From an uncultured Armatimonadetes bacterium (lineage in GTDB: Bacteria > Armatimonadota > UBA5829 > DTJY01), in NCBI GenBank assembly GCA_963717145.1, contig OY970325.1:2592001-2656000 (forward strand): a stretch of DNA of 64,000 bases, read 5' to 3'. Every line of letters starts with the position of its first letter. Positions within the stretch are counted from its first letter, which is position 1. A program made the position numbers and the translations under genes. Below are positions 32,025 through 41,560 of this stretch, piece by piece. A model generated the notes under the pieces. That model saw nothing but the letters and a program-made list of their open reading frames with translations. It did no database searches and had not been told where the DNA came from.

Positions 32025-34100
32025 TCACGAGCGGCTGACGATCACCATCGCGGTATCGTCGCGCAGGTTGCCCTGAGCCCAAGTGCTTACCGCGTCGAGT
32101 ATGCTCGTCACGAGGGCGTCGGGGGTCTCGCTTCTGCGCTCGATGAGAACCTTCTCCAGCCTCTCCGATCCGAAGAGTTCCTGCTCGTGACGGGCTTCAC
32201 TGATCCCGTCCGTGTAGATCACCAGCTTGTCACCGGCGTTCAGAGACGATGCGGAGTCCTCATACTTGTTGCCGACGATGACGCCGATTGGGACGTTGCT
32301 CGAGTGGAGCAGCTCCGTCCCGCCGTCGGGATGGCAGATGATCCCCGGAGGGTGCCCCGCGCTGCAGTAGGTGAGTTCGCCGGTCTTCGGATCCAGAACA
32401 GCCAGAAATACCGTCACGAACTGCCTGATGCCGATCTGATTCCCGGCGAGGATGGCGTTGGCGTGGCTCAGTGCCCGGCCGGGCGAGGCCAGATCATAGG
32501 CAAACGCGTGGACGGTGCTCCGAGTCGCCGCCGCGAGGGCCGCGGCCTCGATCCCCTTGCCCGAGACATCGCCGATCATCAGGGCAACGGACCCGGATTC
32601 CGTCTCGAACACGTCGAAGAAGTCGCCGCCTATCTCCTGTCCGACGTATGCCGGGATGTAGACCGACGCGACCTCGCAACATGGGAGATTCGTGGGCGTC
32701 GGAGGAAGCAGCGCCCGTTGGAGGAGCTGTACCTGACCCCGCAGTTCTTCTCTCAGCGATACCTCGTCGGTCACGTCATGCATCACGAACAGGTGGCGAC
32801 CGGGAAGCATGTTGGTCGCGCCCCGGCATTCGACCGTCCGCACAGAGCCGTCCGGGAGGACCAGTTTGCGTTCGGCCGAGACTGCGCCGGTTCGCTTGAA
32901 CTCCGCCCACATTCCGTCGAAATCGAAGCCGGGCTCCATGAAATCGCTGAACTTTCGACCGATAAGCTCGTGCGCCGGGATGCCCAGCATATCGGATGTC
33001 GCCGCATTCGGGTGCAGATAGACGCCCTTATCGTCCATGACGATGATCGCTTCGGTCGTGGAGTCGAACACCGCGCGGAAATAGCTCTCGCTCTCGCCAA
33101 GAGCGTCCACGGCCCGCTTGCGCTCAGCGGCCTCTGTCGTGAGGCTCTCATTGCTCCGGTTCAATTCATCCGCCGTCGTTTGGAGTTCCTCGGCCTGGAC
33201 TCTCAGCTCCTCGGTCTGCACCTGAAGCTCTTCGGTCTGCACCTGAAGCTCTTCGGTCTGCACCTGAAGCTCTTCGGTCTGCACCTGAAGCTCCTCGTTC
33301 GACTCCTGGAGCGCCCTCTCGGCCTCCACGCGGGCGGTGATGTCCCTGGTTACCTTGGCATACCCACACAGCTCGCCGGCATCATCGTAGATGGGCGTGG
33401 TATTTACCTCCGCCCAGAAGGTGGAGCCGTCCTTGCGCACGCGCAATGCCTGCTCCTCATACCGTCCTTCCGTTCGGGCCGACTCGAGCGCGAGTCCGGG
33501 CTTTGCCGCACGGATATCTTTCTGCGTGTAAAAGATGGAGATCGGCCTGCCGATCGCCTCCTCCGCTGTGTAGCCCTTGATGCGCTCCGCTCCTTCATTC
33601 CACGAGCTGATGCGCCCTTCGAGGTCAACCGAGAAGATGGCGTAGTCCTCCACTCCGGACACGAGCAGCCGGAATCGCTCCTCGCTATCTCGGAGGTCGC
33701 GGGCGATGCTCTCGGCCCGACGCTTGGCCTCGCGAATCATGACCGTGGCGAATCCGACGACGGACGTCCCGATCAGATATGCGGCAATGCCCGCCCAACC
33801 ACTGGGCAGTACGACGAGAAGCGTGTGCAGAGGCGGCACGAAGAAGTAGACGAAGGCGAGCAGCCCGAGGATGAACGCGAGGATCGCGGGCCCTGCGCCG
33901 AAGACGTAGGCAACCAGCATGATGACCACGACGTAGGGTATCGGGAACTGACCGAGCGGGAAGAAGCGGTCGATCAGGAGGAGGAGTGCCGTGACGGCGG
34001 CCACCAGGAGGACGGCGGACGGATACCCGATCCATCCGGGCCACTGCTTGTCCGGTGGTCCGCTCCCCGATCTCTGATCAGGGGATTCGCCCACTGCCAT
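32025..34100 (-). CDS. Membrane sensor phosphatase: DUF4118 TM, PAS, coiled coil, PAS, SpoIIE/PP2C
   Basis: DYAIFSVD..WNEGAERIKGY, RKDGS; IGGDFFD, IGDVSGKG, SAGHPP, YTDG, DDTA. Confidence 0.9.
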   Translation of the reverse strand: MAVGESPDQRSGSGPPDKQWPGWIGYPSAVLLVAAVTALLLLIDRFFPLGQFPIPYVVVIMLVAYVFGAGPAILAFILGLLAFVYFFVPPLHTLLVVLPSGWAGIAAYLIGTSVVGFATVMIREAKRRAESIARDLRDSEERFRLLVSGVEDYAIFSVDLEGRISSWNEGAERIKGYTAEEAIGRPISIFYTQKDIRAAKPGLALESARTEGRYEEQALRVRKDGSTFWAEVNTTPIYDDAGELCGYAKVTRDITARVEAERALQESNEELQVQTEELQVQTEELQVQTEELQVQTEELRVQAEELQTTADELNRSNESLTTEAAERKRAVDALGESESYFRAVFDSTTEAIIVMDDKGVYLHPNAATSDMLGIPAHELIGRKFSDFMEPGFDFDGMWAEFKRTGAVSAERKLVLPDGSVRTVECRGATNMLPGRHLFVMHDVTDEVSLREELRGQVQLLQRALLPPTPTNLPCCEVASVYIPAYVGQEIGGDFFDVFETESGSVALMIGDVSGKGIEAAALAAATRSTVHAFAYDLASPGRALSHANAILAGNQIGIRQFVTVFLAVLDPKTGELTYCSAGHPPGIICHPDGGTELLHSSNVPIGVIVGNKYEDSASSLNAGDKLVIYTDGISEARHEQELFGSERLEKVLIERRSETPDALVTSILDAVSTWAQGNLRDDTAMVIVSRS
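33213..33296 (-). repeat. 4 x 21-bp coding tandem repeat (EELQVQT)
   Basis: GGTCTGCACCTGAAGCTCTTC three times identical plus one copy with 1 mismatch, then a degenerate fifth. Confidence 0.92.
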
Positions 34101-34201
34101 AAACCTTTTCCTTGCCTGGGATCGCGACGCTGACCGGGCGACATTGACGAGCCAGCCTGGCGATGGTACTTTGCGGTAAACCAGCAACCGCACTGACACA
34201 T

Positions 34202-34231
34202 ACTATACACCCACTTTTCCGCCTGTGTCAA
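34202..34231 (-). promoter_or_regulatory. Sigma70-type promoter of the PP2C gene
   Basis: TTGACA-N18-TATAGT. Confidence 0.6.
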
Positions 34232-34343
34232 CGAATTTCCACAAATCCGCGGATTTCTGCGACAAATCGGAGACAAATGAGAAGGGCGGGAAGCCATCCG
34301 GCCTCCCGCCCTCGCTGTACCCACTATTACCGATGCTCTCCAC

Positions 34344-35003
34344 CTACGCGACCAGGTTGCCCCGCGCCGCGATCGTCATCGACGGGGACGACTCGCCCAC
34401 GTCGCTCGCCTTGTTTCCGCGATACTGCACGACGTACATGTAGTCCGAGCCCGCGCCGTCGACCGTGTCCTTGTACGGCGACGCCGCCTGGTAGGCGACC
34501 AGCGAATACGCGGTCTCGCCGGCCTTCTGCCGCCAGATGTTGCAGCCCTTGACGCCGCCGGGCTTGCCGTTCAGCATCTCATTCTGCGGGTTCGTGCCGA
34601 AGTGCACCCAGACCGTGCCCGGCTCCGCCTCCAGGAAGATGCCCGGCACGTCCGGCGGCATCGCGCCCGCCGTGTGCATAGTCGTCCCGCGGACCGGCAG
34701 CCCGAGTTCGCCGCGAATCGCGTCGGTCATCCCGGGCGCGTGCTGGATGCGCTGGACGAACGGGCGGACGATGTCCACGATCTCGGTCTTCTTCACCTTC
34801 TTGTCGTTCGACCCGGCGGTGAGCAGGATCTTCCGATCGTTGTACGTCGTGAGACTGGTGTTGAAGGCGGTGTAGCCGGTCTGCACGGGCAGGAGGTCCG
34901 CCGCGTCGAGACCGAGGTCCACGAGATGAGTGTTCACACCCGTGACCAGGTTGTAAAGCCACGATGCGAGTGCCGCATCGTTTACCGGTAAGTAGTTCGA
35001 CAT
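34344..35003 (-). CDS. Hypothetical protein (helical N-terminus, possible Fn3-like beta C-terminus)
   Basis: MSNYLPVNDAALASW.., strong GC3 codon bias, downstream hairpin 34283-34312; fold is inference. Confidence 0.7.
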   Translation of the reverse strand: MSNYLPVNDAALASWLYNLVTGVNTHLVDLGLDAADLLPVQTGYTAFNTSLTTYNDRKILLTAGSNDKKVKKTEIVDIVRPFVQRIQHAPGMTDAIRGELGLPVRGTTMHTAGAMPPDVPGIFLEAEPGTVWVHFGTNPQNEMLNGKPGGVKGCNIWRQKAGETAYSLVAYQAASPYKDTVDGAGSDYMYVVQYRGNKASDVGESSPSMTIAARGNLVA

Positions 35004-35065
35004 GAGAGATAACCCTTCTGCAACATAGTTTTCGTTCCCTGGGAGCAACATCGATAACGGGCGGG

Positions 35066-35226
35066 CCAACTTTGATTAGGCGGGACCTAACTTTGATTAG
35101 GCGGCGCCTAACTTTGATTAGCCGGCGACTAACTCTAGTTAGCCGGCGCCTAATCAACCTTAGGCCGGACCTAATCGCGATTGGGTGAGGCCTAAGCCCG
35201 CTTGGGCTCAAGCCAACTCCGCCCGG
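35066..35226. repeat. Array of 8 units with 21-bp period, core CTAA-N6-TTAG
   Basis: C(T/C)AA at 35066, 35087, 35108, 35129, 35150, 35171, 35192, 35213; TT(A/G)G 10 nt later in the first seven. Confidence 0.9.
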
Positions 35227-35347
35227 TTCGATTGCTCAAGGACCGAGTTGCAATACAAATTGTCGGCAATTGCGGCCGTTTCTGCAGGGGTATGTTTTGA
35301 TAGGACCGATAGCGGGATAGAGATCGGGGATGGGGAGCACAGGGGAT

Positions 35348-35719
35348 TCAGGACAGGTCTTCGATCATGCGGCGGACGGTGTCGATCAACTGAGGAATGT
35401 CGTCACGACAGATGCCGTAGACCTCCCCGGCATCGATATCGAAGTACCCATGGGCCATCGCATCGCGCACTCCTCTGACGCCGGACCAATCGATCTCCGG
35501 GTAACGAGACAGCAAGGCGCCGTCGGTCTTGCGATCGATCTTTCGGAAAGCCTCGCCCACGGCGATCAAGATCATGCAGATCGAATCCAGGCGATCCATT
35601 CCGGCCTCGGAGTGCGAGAAATCCTCTGGGCGTTCGATACCCGCGAACCGACGTGGTATCCTTTCCAAGGCTTCCAGGATGCTCTCCAGTTGCTCGCCGA
35701 GGGGATCTCGATCAGACAT
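35348..35719 (-). CDS. HepT-like HEPN (DUF86) toxin
   Basis: RDAMAHGY matches RX4HXY; YPEIDW; overlaps MNT gene. Confidence 0.88.
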   Translation of the reverse strand: MSDRDPLGEQLESILEALERIPRRFAGIERPEDFSHSEAGMDRLDSICMILIAVGEAFRKIDRKTDGALLSRYPEIDWSGVRGVRDAMAHGYFDIDAGEVYGICRDDIPQLIDTVRRMIEDLS

Positions 35720-36014
35720 AGCGCGCCTCTCGGATGATCCGGGCTCTTAGGCGAGGGTTCATGTCCTCCCGAAGCCGCACGACGTCAACAGGACGTGCGA
35801 GCAAGTCCTCCAGGTCCTGCCTCATCCGCGATACGCGAAAGAGGTTGGGAATGCTCGTGTCGAACACGATGTCCACGTCGCTGTCTTCCCTGGCCTCGCC
35901 GCGCGCGAATGAGCCGAAGATGCCGATGGATCGAAGCCCGTATTCTTCGCCGTGACGTTCCTTGAAGGCCTTCAGCTCGGCCAGCAGGGACTCGCATGTT
36001 GTCGCTTTCTTCAC
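35712..36014 (-). CDS. MntA-like minimal nucleotidyltransferase antitoxin
   Basis: IFGSFARGEAREDSDVDI; GGAGG then GTG; TGGTATAAT upstream. Confidence 0.88.
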   Translation of the reverse strand: MKKATTCESLLAELKAFKERHGEEYGLRSIGIFGSFARGEAREDSDVDIVFDTSIPNLFRVSRMRQDLEDLLARPVDVVRLREDMNPRLRARIIREARYV

Positions 36015-36108
36015 GTCGCCGCCTCCGCAATCGCAATGCACCATTATACCACACACTTGCCTGAGTGTTGCAGGCATCCCCTCCCCTATGCTACAGTACC
36101 CCAACGCT

Positions 36109-36231
36109 GTAGGGGCGTGCCTTGTGCCGCCCGTGACCGCATGCCGACGGCGCAACGGCGGTGACGGGCGGCACAAGGCACGCCCCTACGGATTGAACGG
36201 CGGTGACGGGCGGCACAAGGCACGCCCCTAC
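36109..36231. repeat. GTAG-type REP triplet (GTAGGGGCGTGCCTTGTGCCGCCCGT)
   Basis: One forward unit and two reverse units ending CTAC at 36189 and 36231. Confidence 0.9.
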
Positions 36232-36252
36232 GGGTAGGAGAGGTGATTGTTG

Positions 36253-37591
36253 ATGGAGAAACTGGCGATCGATGGGGGACCGAAGGCGAAGACTACGCCG
36301 AATATCCACATGTTTCCCGGCGGGATGGAGATCGGGGACGAGGAGCGCGCGGAGATCATGGAGGTGCTCGACCATAAGTACCTCTTCCGCTACTACGGCC
36401 CGGAGGATTTCCCCTCGAAGGTCCGGCAGTTGGAGGTCGATTTCGCCTCGCTCATCGGCACGAAGTACGCCCTCGCGGTCAACTCGTGCACGTCCGCGCT
36501 GATCTCATCGCTGGTCGCGTGCGGCGTCGGTCCGGGCGACGAGGTCATCGTCCCGGGCTACACGTTCTTCGCGTCGGCGGCGTCGATTCTGGCGGCGAAG
36601 GCGATCCCGATCATCGCGGAGGTGGACGACTCGCTGACCCTCGACCCGGCGGACTTCGAGGCGAAGATCACTCCACAGACGAAAGCGGTCATTCCTGTGC
36701 ACATGCGGGGGGCTCCGTGCGACATGGACTCCGTCATGGCGATCGCGCGGAGGCATGGGATCAAGGTGATCGAGGATGTCGCCCAGGCCTGTGGAGGGTC
36801 ATACCGCTCGGGGATGCGAACATCGAACATCGAACGTCCAACATCCAACTCCGAAATCCCCAATCCGAAATCCCCAATGAGATCTGGGGAGCATCGGGGA
36901 CTGCAATGCGTTCAGCCTCCAGTACCACAAGATCATCACCTCGGGCGAGGGCGGAGTCATCACGACCGACGACGAGCGCCTCTACGACCGCGCTCAGGCC
37001 TATCACGACACGGCGGCGTGCTGGCGGCCCGACCGCTTCGGCCTGCCGAGGTATGAGGGGGAGGTATTCCCCGGGGTCAACTTCCGAATGAGCGAACTTG
37101 CGGGCGCGGTCGCATTGGTCCAGCTCAGGAAGCTCGACGGCCTGCTCGAGGGGATGCGGCGGAACAAGAAGCGGATCAAGGAGCAGATCCTCGACCTCCC
37201 GCTCACGTTCCGGCGGCTGAATGACGCGGAGGGGGACACCGCGATCGCGCTCATCTTCTTCCTGCCGGACAGCACCTTGACCGCGCGCTTCGCTCAGGCG
37301 CTCCAGGCGGAGGGCGTCGCGGCCGCGTGCATCTTCGACAAGGGCATACCCGACTGGCACGTCTACGCGCACTGGAAGCACATCATGGACAAGGTGACCG
37401 CGACCGCCGAGGGGTGTCCGTACACCTGCGCGTACTATGGGAAGAAGGTCGAGTATTCGCCGGACATGTGTCCGAACACGCTCGAACTGCTCTCTCGCTC
37501 GATCCAGATCGACATCCCCCCGCAGATGTCGCCCGAGGACTGCGACATGATCGCGGAGGGGATCCGGAAGGTCGCGGAGGCCATGATCTAG
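36253..37591 (+). CDS. DegT/DnrJ/EryC1/StrS PLP aminotransferase with 63-bp heptamer insert and 1-nt frameshift near 36883
   Basis: VNSCTSAL, GDEVIVP, PVHMRG, IEDVAQA; downstream frame LGSIGDCNAFSLQYHKIITSGEGG, NFRMSEL. Confidence 0.88.
36817..36879 (+). repeat. Nine degenerate 7-mers (63 bp) inside the CDS
   Basis: CGAACAT CGAACAT CGAACGT CCAACAT CCAACTC CGAAATC CCCAATC CGAAATC CCCAATG. Confidence 0.88.
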
Positions 37592-40529
37592 AGCCCCAAG
37601 TCTATCGGCGTTATCCACGCGAGGTCGGAGTTGAGCGTGTGCGGGCTTGCGCTCAGCGACCAGATGCCCCGCGCGATGGCGAAATCATTGGTCTGTAGTC
37701 CGTGCCCCGACGCGGTGACACGGACGGGCGACGCCGAGCCGTCGTCAAGCTCGAACTGATCCAAACTAAGCCAGGTGACTCGCCCGGAGGTTGCAAACAG
37801 GTATCTATCCGCCGCCTGGGACCAGACTCCCCCGACCAGGTCCCGGTTGACGATGAGAATCACCTGCGCCGTCTTGTACGACTGGGTGTCGTCCGTCGCG
37901 GAGTTGTTCGCCGCATCGCGAGCCACAACCGTCACCGTGTTCAGGCCCAGCGTCGAGTCCGCGACAATGTCTCCGCTCCAACTGGGGCCGCTTATATGTG
38001 TCAGCTCCGTCTCGTTCGCCGTAACGCTCGTAACGCTCGTCTCGTCGGTAACATCAACCGCCACGTGAACCGCGTCTCCAGCGGCGACCATCGTCGTCGG
38101 GCTGACGGCGACCGAGTTGATGACCGGGGCAAGGCCGTCCGTGATGGTGAATCCGTTCGCCAGCGTTGCAGACTGTGCATCCGGGTTGGTCACGACCACG
38201 TTCCACTGCCCCGCTGCCTTTCCTGTCAGGTTGAAGGTGCAGGTGATCTTGGTCGCGCTGACCACTGTCACGCCAGTCGCCACGATATCGGCCTCCGGCA
38301 ACTTGGTGAGCTTTACGGCAGCACCGGTCTGGAAACGGCTTCCAGCAAGGTTGGTTATGCCAACGCTGCCGGTATTCGCACCTGAGTTCGGCGTTATGCT
38401 CATAACCGTCGGGGGGGCAGTTATGGTGAATCCGTTAGTGAGCGTGCCGGATTGAGCATCGGGGTTCGTAACAACTACATTCCATAGACCCGTGGCTTTC
38501 CCTGTCAAGTTAAACGAGCAGGTGATCTTGGTCGGGGATTCAACCACTACGTTGGTAGCCGTGATGCTGGTCTGGCCGGTCTTCGAGAGCCTGACGTTGG
38601 CTCCGGTCTGGAACCCGTGCCTGCCAGGTTCGCAATATCCACTGAGCCGGTATTGGAGCCGGAGTTTGGGGTGACAGTCGTCACCGTTACCCCGACCGCA
38701 AACACGGCCAAGCCGCCGTTATAGTCGGCGACGTAGGCATATTTGCCAGACACCGCGATACCTTGCGCGTCGCCTTCAGTATCGCATCCTCCCAGAAGCG
38801 TCGGGGATGAAGGGGTTGAGATACTTATGACCTTCAGGCCGGCAGAGCCATCGGCCACATAGGCGTTGCTCCCGGAAAGCACGACACCATAGGCCGTTCC
38901 GTCAGTATCATATTGACCAACCCACGTAGGAGAGATGGGGCTCGAAACGCCTATCACCTGAAGACCGGATGAGCCATCTGCCACATAGGCGTAGTTGCCG
39001 GAAACTGCGACCCCGTATGCCGTGCCGCTGGTATTGTACGTGCCCATGACGGTATAGTTGGGACTAGTGATTATCGCTATCTGCAGTCCGGCTGCAGTAT
39101 CCGCCAGATAAGCATAGCTGTCTGGATAGCCGTTTACAACTGCGACAGCTACAACATGAGTACCCGCTCCCATTACAGAGCTGACTAGAACAGGTGAGGC
39201 AGGATTTGAGACGTTTATTATCCTGAGTCCCCCGTTGTAATCAGCCACATAAGCGTAACTTCCCGAAATGGCGACAGCTCGGGATGAGCCCGGGGTATTG
39301 TACCCGCCGACTCGCGTTGGTGAGGCAGGATTCGAAATGTTGATGATCTGCAGCCCGGAAGATCCGTCGGCAACATAGGCGTAGCTGCCGGAAACAGTGA
39401 CCCCGTAAGCCGTACCGGTGGTATCGTATCCTCCAACAACGGTTGGAGAAGAGGGATTCGTGGTATTGAGGACTCGCAACCCGGCCGTGCCATCAGCGAT
39501 ATATGCGTAGTTCCCCGAGACTGCCACCCCGTACGCCATCGCGCTCGTATCATATCCGCCTGTCGGGACTGGGGCAGAAGGAGTTGAGACATCTATCACC
39601 AGTAGACCAGGCTCCCTATCGGCCACAAAGGCATAGCTTCCCGCGACCGCTACTTCGCATGCCGTGCCGCTGGTATCGTATGCCCCAACCTGGCTGGGAG
39701 CCGCTGGGTTGGAGACGTCAATCACTTGGAGGCCGGCGCTGCCACCTGCAACATAGGCATAGCTTCCCGACACTGCTACATTATATGCCGTGCCGGTGGT
39801 GTCATATCCGCCAGCAAGAGTCGGCAACACCGGGTTGGAGACGTCCACTATCTGCAAACCGCCGCTGTCATCGGCGACATAGGCGTAGTTCCCGGAAACG
39901 ACGGCGTCCTGGGCAAATGTGCTTGTGTCGTATTGCCCCGCAAAGGCCGGAGCAGCGGGGTTCGAGATGTCAATGATCTTCAAACCTCCAAAAAAACCAG
40001 CCGCCACATAAGCATAGTTGCCGGAAACCTCCACGCTGTAGGCTGGATCGCTGTCATCATATGTGCCGACGAGTGTCGGGGAGGCGGGGTTAGAGATATT
40101 CAGCACTCGAAGGCCACCGAAGCCGTCGGCAACATAGGCATATTCTCCTGAGATAGCCACATCACCGGTGCCGTCCTCAGAGCCGAACTGCCCAACTATG
40201 GCTGGCGAGGCCGGATTCGAAATGTCTATGATTCGGAGACCGGCCGTGCTATTCGCAACATAAGCATAGCTCCCCGACACGGCAACGCCTGACACGGTTT
40301 GGGGCAAGACTGCGCTCATACCTAGAAGCAGAGGGTTAGATGGAGTAGATACATCGAGCACGGCCAGGCGATACCCGATTCCCATGTAAGCTCGATTCCC
40401 TGAGATGGCGACAGCAGTGCAGTTTCCACCCCAACCCCACTGCCCTACAGGCGTGACAGCTATGTCCGCCCAAGCCATACCGCCCAGGCACATCACGGCG
40501 AGCGCTGTTACTGCAAGTACCTTCTTCAT
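37588..40529 (-). CDS. Secreted LVIVD-repeat beta-propeller protein with two IPT/TIG-like domains; 1-nt deletion near 38615
   Basis: GGAGG, signal MKKVLAVTAL; about 14 VAVSGxYAYVAD..GLxxxDxSNP repeats; two TPNSGxNTG..ITCxFNLTGK domains; C-terminal GRVT..FELDDGS domain. Confidence 0.88.
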
Positions 40530-40698
40530 CTTTTCCCCTCCCAACGCATTCAGGTCCGATGAAACGGGACACAAGTAACGATTCCTGTCCATTCTACACG
40601 ATTTGACAGACTTGTCAATGACTTCATGGGGCAAGCGTTTCGATCCGTGCCTGCACTGAGTCAAGAACAGGTATTATTACTGGGGCGAAGATCATCAC

Positions 40699-40727
40699 TT
40701 GATCCGCCTGGCCGTCGGCGCTATACT
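40699..40727 (+). promoter_or_regulatory. Sigma70-type promoter
   Basis: TTGATC-N17-TATACT upstream of ATG 40769. Confidence 0.55.
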
Positions 40728-40768
40728 CTTAGGTGAAGCATCACAGGGGAAGGTGTAGGAGAAATGGA

Positions 40769-41551
40769 ATGAGAGTTGATGTGTGCATCGAGGCGGTATA
40801 TACCGATCTGCCGTTGGTGGAGCGGGCGAAACGGGTACGGGACGCGGGATTCGACGCGATCGAGATCTGGTTCTACGACATGGGCGGCGACAGGAAGATC
40901 GGCGAGCTTGCCGAATACTGCCGCTCGACGGGGATGCTGATCAACAACATCGTCGCCAATTCGCCCGACGGCGGCGTCGGCGGCTCATTGACCGACCCCG
41001 CGGACAGGGGGAAGTACGTCGAACGGGTGAAGGAGACCATCCGCGTGGCGAAGGACATCGGCTGCGAGAAGATGATCACCTGCACTGGCAACCTCCGCGC
41101 GGGCGTCTCGCGGGAGGATCAGCGGCGGAGCGTCGTGGATGGGCTCAAGGCGGCGTGCGAAGTCTGCGAGCCTGAGGGGATCACGCTCCTGCTCGAGGCG
41201 CTCAACACCCTGGTGAACCATCCCGGCTACTTCCTCGATTCGTCCGACGAGGGCGCGGCGATCTGTCGGGAGGTCGGCAGCCCGAACATGAAGCTGCTCT
41301 ACGATGTCTACCACATGCAGATCATGGAGGGGAACGTCATCGCCCGGATCGAGAAGCACCTCGACGTGATCGGCCACTTCCACTCCGCGGGCGTCCCCGG
41401 GCGGCACGAACTCGACGACGGGGAGCTGAACTACCCCGCCATCCTCCGCCGGATCGACGCGCTCGGATACAAGGGCCTCTTCGGCCTCGAGTACTGGCCG
41501 GCACTCCCGGAGGATGAGAGCCTGCGGAGAATGCGGGCACTGACTTCATAG
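40769..41551 (+). CDS. Hydroxypyruvate isomerase-family TIM-barrel protein
   Basis: AGFDAIEIW, LLLEALN, LYDVYHMQIMEG, VPGRHE..GELNY, GLEY. Confidence 0.88.
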   Translation: MRVDVCIEAVYTDLPLVERAKRVRDAGFDAIEIWFYDMGGDRKIGELAEYCRSTGMLINNIVANSPDGGVGGSLTDPADRGKYVERVKETIRVAKDIGCEKMITCTGNLRAGVSREDQRRSVVDGLKAACEVCEPEGITLLLEALNTLVNHPGYFLDSSDEGAAICREVGSPNMKLLYDVYHMQIMEGNVIARIEKHLDVIGHFHSAGVPGRHELDDGELNYPAILRRIDALGYKGLFGLEYWPALPEDESLRRMRALTS

Positions 41552-41560
41552 AAAGACAAG

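Noticed and set aside
32013-34133. Long antisense ORFs (706 aa here; also 1134-2642, 193-1119, 44111-45307, 58279-59541)
   Set aside because: Shadow frames of GC-rich genes with no motifs; the opposite strand has clear family signatures
34579-35211. Arg-rich ORF with RRRLIKV repeats
   Set aside because: Overlaps the better gene out of frame and has no RBS; it reflects the DNA array, though translation is not formally excluded
35066-35226. CRISPR array
   Set aside because: Period is only 21 bp with 6-7 nt variable parts, and no cas genes are present
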